Assembly: GCA_902586855.1 (NCBI GenBank)
Contig: CACIIZ010000001.1
Span: 54,326 to 118,325, forward strand
Source of the DNA: an uncultured Alphaproteobacteria bacterium
GTDB taxonomy: Bacteria; Pseudomonadota; Alphaproteobacteria; Rhodobacterales; Rhodobacteraceae
DNA: 64,000 bases
Reading direction: 5' to 3'
Below are positions 29,261-36,639 of this stretch, piece after piece. A program made the position numbers and the translations under genes. The first letter of the stretch is position 1. Each line of letters starts with the position of its first letter. Under the pieces are notes generated by a model. The model was not told where the DNA came from. It ran no database searches and was given only the letters and a program-made list of their open reading frames with translations.

Positions 29261-31644
29261 TGGGGATAATGGGTTATATAGAAAGACCTACTTTGCTTGG
29301 TTCAAGCCATGTACCAGGTCTGCCTGTTCTGCCACATGGTGTTGAACGTCATGTAGTTCCTGGTGGAGGAAGCAGGGGAATAAGCATTAATAAAGGTGAT
29401 GAAATTGCCGTCGTAGATCGAGAAGGCTTGCAATTAGCTGAAATGGTTTTCTTTGATCTCTCGGGTCGTTCTGATGCTGGAATGCTGGGAGCTAAAGGCA
29501 GTGGGAAAGCAGAATACCTTATCAATCTATTGTCTTCAGGGGATCAATCAGGATTGAAGGTTTTAAGAGCTCTGGAAAAGACGAATTTTGATATAAGAAA
29601 AGGCAATGCCATTAGGATCTTTACCGAAGGCTCTAAGGCTAGTGACTCTGTCGAATTTATGGCCTCTTCGGATGGGCTTCTAATTATCGCAGCACCTGGG
29701 GAGCATATGTTACCCGAGGCTCAGAGTTTCCCTACTGAATTGATAGTGTACATTAAGAGAGCGGATCCCAGGATTTTTAAAGGCGGTATGTTGCCGCCAG
29801 ATCCTCTTGCTGATCCGTTGATTGATAAGAATATTCAACCTGGTGAGGCCAAGTCTTATGAAGTAAAAGCAGGTGATTACATTCAAATTTTAGACGTGCA
29901 AGGGAGGGAATGTTCAGATTTTCAAGCGTTTAGCCTCCGTGAATTAGACAAGGGTGTCGAAAGGGAAATAGATCCCACAACAACTAGAAGTTTGATGGGC
30001 TCTCTTTATCCAAGCCCTGGAATCTTTTCAAAATATTGGACTTTGGACCATGAACCACTTGTGGAAATTGTGCAAGATACCTGTGGTAGACATGATACCT
30101 TTGGATTGGCTTGTACAGCTAGGTATTATGAAGATTTGGGTTATCCAGGGCACGTAAATTGCTCAGACAACATGAACATAGACTTGGCAGCATATGGGAT
30201 AAAGCCAAGAGGTGGATGGCCAGCTATTAATTTTTTCTTCAATACTATGCTTGATGATACCAATGCCTTAGGTATGGATGATCCATGGTCTCGACCAGGT
30301 GATTTTGTCTTGCTAAAGGCTCTTACTGATCTGATTTGTATTTCTACCGCTTGTCCTTGTGATGTGGATCCAGCAAATGGTTGGAATCCCACAGACATAC
30401 AAGTAAGGACTTATTCGAAAGAAAATAACTTTAAGCGCTCCATTGGGTGGAGGAAGACAACGGAGGCAGACATGGAAGAAACCAAACAAACTGGTTTTCA
30501 CAATTCTTTTTCTAACCATACCAGAAATTTTGTTGAATATAGCGGCTATTGGCTTCCTAACTCCATGACAAATTATGGAGCGATTAATGAGTATTGGGCT
30601 TGCCGGGAGAAGGCGGCAATTATGGATTTATCTCCATTAAGAAAATATGAGGTTACTGGACCAGGTGCAAAAACACTTATGCAAAAGTGTGTTACTCGAA
30701 ATATGGATAAACTAGCAGTAGGCCAGGTAGTGTATACTGCCATGTGTTATGAGCATGGTGGTATGATCGACGACGGAACCGTATTTAGATTAGGCGATAA
30801 TAATTTCCGGTGGGTAGGCGGAAATGATTTGAGTGGAATTTGGTTAAGAGAACAGGCTGAAGAAATGGGGGTGGATGCTTGGGTGAGGAACTCAACAGAT
30901 CACCTCTGTAACATTGCTATTCAAGGACCAAGAAGCCGGGAGATACTTGAAAAAATTATTTGGACTGCGCCGGTGCAACCTAACATGACGGAACTGCAGT
31001 GGTTTCGATTTGCAGTAGCTCGATTGAAGGACTTTCATGGTCCTTCTTGTGTCGTTAGCAGGACTGGATATTCAGGTGAATTAGGATATGAAGTTTTTTG
31101 CCATCCCAGAAATGCTCAGGAAGTCTTTGATGTTATATGGGACGTGGGGCAGGAGTTTGGGTTAGTTCCTTTGGGTCTAGAAGCTCTCAATATGCTCAGA
31201 GTCGAGGCTGGTTTGATATTTGCAGGATATGAATTTACAGATCAAATAGATCCCTTTGAGGCTGGAATAGGCTTTACCGTACCATTCAAAACTCAGACAG
31301 CAGATTTTATTGGTAGAGCGGCACTGGAAAAGAGAAAAGCCAATCCACAAAGGAAACTGGTAGGATTGGATATAGAGGGAGGTCTAGTTCCATCCTCGGG
31401 TGATTGCATCAGAATGGGAAGAGCTCAAATAGGTGAAATCACTTCGGCAGTGAAATCCCCAATTCTCGATAAAACAATAGCTTTGGCCAGAATTTCAGTA
31501 GAACATTCCGAAGTTGATACAGAAATTGAAGTGGGTCAATTAGATGGTTTCCAGAAAAGAATACCTGCTAAGGTTGTTCCTTTTCCCCATTTTGATCCTA
31601 ACAAAGAAAGGGTTCGGGGAAACTATGGTGGTATAAGTAACTAG
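29260..31644 (+). CDS. tdm: trimethylamine-N-oxide demethylase-type protein (N-terminal DUF1989-like domain + C-terminal GcvT/aminomethyltransferase folate-binding domain)
   Basis: About 794 aa. The C-terminal half is GcvT-like (DLSPLRKYEVTGPGA..., GYSGELGYEV, EAGL). The long N-terminal domain and the neighbourhood (tmm, betaine-type ABC) match the Tdm architecture. Start is the ATG at 29260 or the GTG at 29257. Confidence 0.8.
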   Translation: MGIMGYIERPTLLGSSHVPGLPVLPHGVERHVVPGGGSRGISINKGDEIAVVDREGLQLAEMVFFDLSGRSDAGMLGAKGSGKAEYLINLLSSGDQSGLKVLRALEKTNFDIRKGNAIRIFTEGSKASDSVEFMASSDGLLIIAAPGEHMLPEAQSFPTELIVYIKRADPRIFKGGMLPPDPLADPLIDKNIQPGEAKSYEVKAGDYIQILDVQGRECSDFQAFSLRELDKGVEREIDPTTTRSLMGSLYPSPGIFSKYWTLDHEPLVEIVQDTCGRHDTFGLACTARYYEDLGYPGHVNCSDNMNIDLAAYGIKPRGGWPAINFFFNTMLDDTNALGMDDPWSRPGDFVLLKALTDLICISTACPCDVDPANGWNPTDIQVRTYSKENNFKRSIGWRKTTEADMEETKQTGFHNSFSNHTRNFVEYSGYWLPNSMTNYGAINEYWACREKAAIMDLSPLRKYEVTGPGAKTLMQKCVTRNMDKLAVGQVVYTAMCYEHGGMIDDGTVFRLGDNNFRWVGGNDLSGIWLREQAEEMGVDAWVRNSTDHLCNIAIQGPRSREILEKIIWTAPVQPNMTELQWFRFAVARLKDFHGPSCVVSRTGYSGELGYEVFCHPRNAQEVFDVIWDVGQEFGLVPLGLEALNMLRVEAGLIFAGYEFTDQIDPFEAGIGFTVPFKTQTADFIGRAALEKRKANPQRKLVGLDIEGGLVPSSGDCIRMGRAQIGEITSAVKSPILDKTIALARISVEHSEVDTEIEVGQLDGFQKRIPAKVVPFPHFDPNKERVRGNYGGISN

Positions 31645-31670
31645 GCCCACCGCCAAACAGTGGCGGGCCT
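31643..31670. terminator. GC-rich hairpin between the convergent tdm and small ORF/amt transcripts
   Basis: AGGCCCACCGCC-aaacag-TGGCGGGCCT forms a stem with one bulge. It overlaps the tdm stop codon and is the only GC-rich element in this AT-rich spacer. Confidence 0.5.
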
Positions 31671-31686
31671 AGACTTAGATTTTAGT

Positions 31687-31860
31687 TTATTTTTTTACCT
31701 TATCGTATTTGTCACTCTCAATCATATGTCCGTATAGCAAGAATGCTATGCATATAATGATTGCAATAAGTGTATAAAAGAAGGTGAGAGTTGAGCCTGC
31801 ACCCATAAACATTGCGCCGTTAACAACACTCCAATCTAATTTATCATAAGGAAATCCCAT
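31687..31860 (-). CDS. small hydrophobic protein (57 aa, one predicted TM helix), co-transcribed with amt
   Basis: Below the track's length cut-off. My translation is MGFPYDKLDWSVVNGAMFMGAGSTLTFFYTLIAIIICIAFLLYGHMIESDKYDKVKK*. An AGGAAAGGA SD lies upstream, and the ORF starts 22 nt after the amt stop. Confidence 0.45.
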   Translation of the reverse strand: MGFPYDKLDWSVVNGAMFMGAGSTLTFFYTLIAIIICIAFLLYGHMIESDKYDKVKK

Positions 31861-31882
31861 TTTTTATCCTTTCCTAATAAAG

Positions 31883-33271
31883 TTATTCAGCTGGTTGTGC
31901 TGAAGTTGGTATACCTTCTGGATAGGCCTGAGCCGGTACTTTGGTAGGGTCAAGTCCTGCTATTTCAGCTGCTTCAGGTGTCCTGAGCATACCCAAACCA
32001 CCAAGTCCAAGAGACAAAAGGTATCCAGGTACAAAGCCACATAGAGAGCACACAATTGCGCCTACTAATTGACCCAGAATAGATACGGTTGGTGCATTTT
32101 CGATAAATAGAGCTGGATATCCTGCTGCAAAGACACCGAAAACAACCATGCCATAAACACCTATAGTACCATGAACTGTGACTGCTCCTACAGCATCATC
32201 GATACCAAAAGCTTCGAGCATTCTCGCAGCTGGCCGTAGTAGAAGGCCTGCACCGATTGCTACTATGAATGCCAATGCAGGAAAATATACATCCAGGCCA
32301 GATGCCACTGAAATTATACCAGCAAGGGCGCCGGACATCATCCAAAATGGATCCCGATTAAGTAACCATGCTCCAATCACGCCACCACAAATACCCATCA
32401 GGATATTAAATGATAATGCCGAGAGGTTCATAGGAGTTCCATAAATGGTTGTTCCAGTATTAGCTGTCCAGCTCCAACCCTCTCCAGGTAAGATCATACA
32501 AGCCATTAGAAAGCCCCAGAAACCAACTATGATTAGCATCAGCCCGGTAGCGGTAAATGGCATGTTATGTCCTGAAAGGTCATTAGCTGTTCCATCTGCG
32601 TTAAACTTCCCAATTCTAGGTCCTAGGTTTATAAGAACACCTAGTGCAAAAAAACCGGCAACTGCATGAACTACTCCGGCAGCACCAAAATCATGCATAC
32701 CAAACTGGGTCACAAGCCATCCGTCAGCATGCCAGCCCCAAGCCGCAGCTACTACCCAAGCAAAAGCTCCAAGAACGATTGCCAGGATTACAAAGCCCAC
32801 AGTTTGGATTCTCTCAATCACTGAACCGGACATAATAGAAGCCGTAGTAGCAGCAAACAAAGCAAAGGCTCCCCAGAATACGCCTGAGGCGTTATCAGCT
32901 ATATTTGGTCCCATGTATTGGGCAGATTCTCCCCAGGCCCAGGCAAGACCACTAGCATATTCCCAGCCAGATATTCCCATTGGTCCTGCGGCAAAATTGA
33001 TCCCCGTTGGAAAGGCCCAATAGACCCACCAACCAACAAAGTAAAAAGCTGGTATTACAAATGCAAAAGCTAAGATGTTCTTAACTCCAGAGGATAAAAC
33101 ATTTTTCATCCTTGTAGCACCCATTTCATAGGCTAAAAAGCCTGCATGAATGAGAACCATTAGTGGTATTGTTAAATAATAATAAGTTTCTGCAAACATT
33201 GTATTTGTAACTTGCGAACTTGCTTCAAGTTGCGCAATTTGCGCCGTTAATTCGGCAATTTTTTCTTCCAT
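31883..33271 (-). CDS. amt: ammonium transporter (Amt family)
   Basis: 462 aa, polytopic, with Amt signatures (HAGFLAYEMG, DFGAAGVVHAVAGFFALG, VHGTIGVYGM). It has an unusual amphipathic N-terminus, MEEKIAELTAQIAQLEASSQ. Confidence 0.9.
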   Translation of the reverse strand: MEEKIAELTAQIAQLEASSQVTNTMFAETYYYLTIPLMVLIHAGFLAYEMGATRMKNVLSSGVKNILAFAFVIPAFYFVGWWVYWAFPTGINFAAGPMGISGWEYASGLAWAWGESAQYMGPNIADNASGVFWGAFALFAATTASIMSGSVIERIQTVGFVILAIVLGAFAWVVAAAWGWHADGWLVTQFGMHDFGAAGVVHAVAGFFALGVLINLGPRIGKFNADGTANDLSGHNMPFTATGLMLIIVGFWGFLMACMILPGEGWSWTANTGTTIYGTPMNLSALSFNILMGICGGVIGAWLLNRDPFWMMSGALAGIISVASGLDVYFPALAFIVAIGAGLLLRPAARMLEAFGIDDAVGAVTVHGTIGVYGMVVFGVFAAGYPALFIENAPTVSILGQLVGAIVCSLCGFVPGYLLSLGLGGLGMLRTPEAAEIAGLDPTKVPAQAYPEGIPTSAQPAE

Positions 33272-33365
33272 CTCATTCCTCCCTTAGGTTATTTGACTGT
33301 ATGAAAAATGAATGTAAGCGGATTAAAGCACTATCTCTCAAAAAAGGTATCAAAAAATGCCAAAT

Positions 33366-33380
33366 TTATACCAAAAAAGA
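33366..33380 (-). promoter_or_regulatory. TCTTTTTTGGTATAA box upstream of amt
   Basis: Exact 15-nt match to 15102-15116 in the same orientation relative to the downstream gene, about 95 nt upstream of the amt start. The companion 9-mer TATACCGAT occurs at 33457-33465 and also at 15092-15100. Confidence 0.3.
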
Positions 33381-33509
33381 ACCAAATTGGCTTTCTTTTA
33401 AAAAAAAATGAATTAGAACTAGGATTTTTCCGGCCCACGATCTTAATTATAGAGATTATACCGATTTGCAGTATCATGTTATTATAAAACAAGTTTAACA
33501 GGTGGAGTA

Positions 33510-34361
33510 ATGGTTGAGATAACCCTAGGCCTAATTGCCGCTTTAGCATGGGGTTTCCATGATTTTTTTGTCAGATTTATAGTCAAAAAAGTCAATATTT
33601 TTACGGCACTGATAGTTACTAATATAGTGGGTATAGTGGCGCTCTCATTCGTGCTGATTTTTTCAAAACAGGGTGTTGTCTTTGGGCAATCATTTTTGTT
33701 GATTTCTTTAAGCTACGGATTGTTATTCTTAGCTGCTACATATAGCCTTTATAGGGCTTTTGATAAGGGACCAGTTTTTATAGCGGCGCCCATAATAGGT
33801 TCGTACCCACTGCTATCCCTCTTATACGCCTCAATAATGGGAACAAGTCCTGAAGCTTATCAGTGGATATTGAGCGCCTTAGTGATTCTGGGTTTGGGAT
33901 TGACGATGAGTTCTCAAATTAAAAAGAATAAATTATTTAAGTTGGACCTTTTATCCACTGTTTATTGGTCCTTATTATCAGCATTACTATTTTCTATTTC
34001 ATTCCAATTGGGGCAAAATCAAATTATTAATGGTCATGAAGTTTCTTCGAACCTATTTGCCAGATTAACATCAGCGATTGTTTTGTTTGGCTTTACTTTT
34101 CAAAAAATGAAACTAATGGGTCTGGGTCTTCATAATATACTAATTTTAATATTTATGGGTATTGCTGATACGATTGCTTTAAGTATCATGGTTTATGCTG
34201 GAAACTATAGCAGGCCTGAGTTTTCTTCTGTTTCTGCATCTACTTTTGGCTTAATAACCATTCTGTTAGTCTGCCTTTTTTATAAGGAAAAATTATCAAA
34301 AGTCCAAAGCTTGGGCATTATTGTAGTCTTCTCGTCGATTGCAATGCTATCACTAAGTTAA
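33510..34361 (+). CDS. EamA/DMT-family transporter
   Basis: 283 aa with about 10 hydrophobic segments and a two-fold EamA-like organisation. GGTGGAG SD. Confidence 0.7.
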   Translation: MVEITLGLIAALAWGFHDFFVRFIVKKVNIFTALIVTNIVGIVALSFVLIFSKQGVVFGQSFLLISLSYGLLFLAATYSLYRAFDKGPVFIAAPIIGSYPLLSLLYASIMGTSPEAYQWILSALVILGLGLTMSSQIKKNKLFKLDLLSTVYWSLLSALLFSISFQLGQNQIINGHEVSSNLFARLTSAIVLFGFTFQKMKLMGLGLHNILILIFMGIADTIALSIMVYAGNYSRPEFSSVSASTFGLITILLVCLFYKEKLSKVQSLGIIVVFSSIAMLSLS

Positions 34362-34428
34362 GGAAATTTTTTCTTTTTCCTTTGTGATGGAAAGTCAGGT
34401 GTTATAATATTAAGTATGGAGACTAGTG

Positions 34429-35202
34429 ATGATTTCCCAGAATAGATGTGAAATAGAAAAAATTTTTCGCCATCCTATAAAGAGTGTAGGATCGGAATTA
34501 ATCAATTCTGTTTATTTGGTGGCTGGGAGTACAATGCCAGGAGATAGGGTCTGGGCTCTAGCGCATGAAAAGACTCGTACACCAGAGCATCGGAAACATT
34601 GGCTACCCTGTAGTTCTTTTTTGAGAGGTTCAATTGCGCCAACTTTGATGGCCATATCTGCAAAATTTGACGGTCATACTGGTATCCTTGATTTACGTCA
34701 TCCAAAAGCAAAAAACTTTAGTTTTAATCCCAACGATAGTAGAGATCTACAGAAATTTCTCAATTGGATATCACCATTGTGTCCAGTAAATGGGCCTGCC
34801 CCAGCATCACTGTATAGGGTTGAAAATAGAGGATCAACAGATACGGAATATCCTTCTATTTCTCTTCTATCATTAACTTCACTACATGATTTGTCAGAAA
34901 AGTTAGGAACTGATTTAGATCCTAGGAGATTCCGGGGTAATATTTGGTTTACCGGGGGCGAACCTTTTGAGGAATTTAATTGGATAGATCAAGAAATAGA
35001 AGTTGGCGGCGTGAGACTAAAAGTAGTGGAACGAATAGAGCGTTGCAATGCTACCAAAGCTAATCCATTAACAGGTAAAAAAGATATAGATACCCTTACT
35101 GCTCTCCAAGCCAATTATGGACACAAAGATTTTGGCATTTACTGCGAAGTATTGACAGACGGCAAAGTATCGTGTGGTGATCAACTCATATTATCGTTAT
35201 AA
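34429..35202 (+). CDS. MOSC domain-containing protein (YcbX-like: beta-barrel N-domain + MOSC)
   Basis: About 257 aa with the RFRGNIW motif and conserved Cys context VERIERCNATKANPLTG. GGAG SD 7 nt before the ATG at 34429. Confidence 0.75.
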   Translation: MISQNRCEIEKIFRHPIKSVGSELINSVYLVAGSTMPGDRVWALAHEKTRTPEHRKHWLPCSSFLRGSIAPTLMAISAKFDGHTGILDLRHPKAKNFSFNPNDSRDLQKFLNWISPLCPVNGPAPASLYRVENRGSTDTEYPSISLLSLTSLHDLSEKLGTDLDPRRFRGNIWFTGGEPFEEFNWIDQEIEVGGVRLKVVERIERCNATKANPLTGKKDIDTLTALQANYGHKDFGIYCEVLTDGKVSCGDQLILSL

Positions 35203-35220
35203 ATAGATCCGCTAGGGCTT

Positions 35221-36528
35221 TTAGACATCCAGTGTATTCAGAACCTCCCAGCGAGTGAGATGGGAAACAAACTTTTCCCATTCTTGATTTTTGAGTTTGA
35301 TGTAAGCATGTGAAAATTCGGTACCTAGCTTGCTAATAAGGATATCATCCTGGGAAAATTCCCTTAACGCATCAAGTAAATTAGCGGGTAACTTTTTAAC
35401 TTCATTATCTGAAGTGCGGTCAGAATATATATCATTATCGTGCCTTTTTCCTGGATCAGCTCTCGTATCAATCCCAATCATTCCTGTAGCTATAATTACG
35501 GCTTGCAATAGATAGGGATTGGCAGCCCCGTCCGGTAAACGCAGTTCAAAGCGGCCAGATCCTGGTATTCTCACCATGTGAGTTCGGTTGTTTCCACTCC
35601 AGGTTATAGTGTTAGGTGCCCAAGTTGCGCCTGATTGGGTGACAGGAGCATTTATTCTCTTATAGGAATTAACGGTAGGATTCGTGATGGCAACCATCGA
35701 TTTTGCATGGCTCATAATACCTCCAAGAAAGTTTAAGCCACTCTGGGCAAGACCTATCTCAGATTTTTTGTCGGCAAAAATGTTCTGTTTTCCGTTTAAA
35801 TCCCAAACTGATATATGGGCATGGCAACCATTACCAGTTAAATTTGCAAAGGGTTTAGGCATGAAGGTCGCTCTCAATCCGTGCTTTTCGGCAATAGATT
35901 TCACCATGAATTTGAAAAATGAGTGTTTATCTGCTGTTACTAGTGCATCATCATATTCAAAGTTCATTTCAAACTGTCCATTTGCGTCTTCATGATCATT
36001 TTGGTAGGGCCCCCATCCGAGTTTAAGCATAGCATCACATATTTCAGTGATGACATCGTACTTTCTCATGACAGCTTGCTGATCATAACATGGTTTCTCA
36101 GCTATGTCATGATCGTCTGATATTGCAGAGCCATCTTGCTTAATAAGAAAGTATTCAGCTTCAATTCCTGTTTTAATTCGCATCTTTTTCTTTTTAGCAT
36201 CGGCTACAAGTTTGCGTAAAACATTCCGAGGAGCTTGTGCAACCTCTACCCCGTCCATCATTAGGTCAGATGCAAGCCATGCAACTTCTGGCTGCCATGG
36301 TAACTGAATGACACTTTTAGGGTCAGGGATTGCCAACATGTCTGGAAAAGCGGGAGTCATGTCCAACCAGGTGGCAAATCCAGCAAAACCAGCACCCTCT
36401 TTTTCCATTTCTGTAATAGCTGCAGTTGGAACAAGTTTCGCTCTTTGGGCTCCAAAGATATCTGTAAATGATATCATGAAATAACGAATTTTCTTCTTTT
36501 TTGCATACTCTTCTAGGATTTTTCCCAT
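35221..36528 (-). CDS. glutamine synthetase family protein, GlnT/GmaS-size (type III-like GS; candidate gamma-glutamylmethylamide synthetase)
   Basis: 435 aa with GS catalytic motifs (GIEAEYF, HEDANGQFEMNF, NGCHAHISVW, NSYKRI). Monocistronic here and convergent with the MOSC gene. Confidence 0.8.
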   Translation of the reverse strand: MGKILEEYAKKKKIRYFMISFTDIFGAQRAKLVPTAAITEMEKEGAGFAGFATWLDMTPAFPDMLAIPDPKSVIQLPWQPEVAWLASDLMMDGVEVAQAPRNVLRKLVADAKKKKMRIKTGIEAEYFLIKQDGSAISDDHDIAEKPCYDQQAVMRKYDVITEICDAMLKLGWGPYQNDHEDANGQFEMNFEYDDALVTADKHSFFKFMVKSIAEKHGLRATFMPKPFANLTGNGCHAHISVWDLNGKQNIFADKKSEIGLAQSGLNFLGGIMSHAKSMVAITNPTVNSYKRINAPVTQSGATWAPNTITWSGNNRTHMVRIPGSGRFELRLPDGAANPYLLQAVIIATGMIGIDTRADPGKRHDNDIYSDRTSDNEVKKLPANLLDALREFSQDDILISKLGTEFSHAYIKLKNQEWEKFVSHLTRWEVLNTLDV

Positions 36529-36639
36529 TGGTTTTCCTCCGCACTATTGAACTTTTGTTGCACTTCGTTAGGTTTATTTGATCGATTAGAATCATATCAA
36601 ATTTCCATGAATTATCTATAAAAAGAAGTCAGGTGAATC

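Noticed and set aside
33272-33509. Sigma-54 (-24/-12) promoter for amt
   Set aside because: The closest match on the minus strand is TGGCAT followed by TTTTTGATA. The -12 TTGC element is absent at the required spacing.
36577-36601. Partial palindrome TTTGAT-N13-ATCAAA in the spacer between the GS-like gene and selD
   Set aside because: Only 6-bp arms in an AT-rich context, with inconsistent inner symmetry and no second occurrence in the window.
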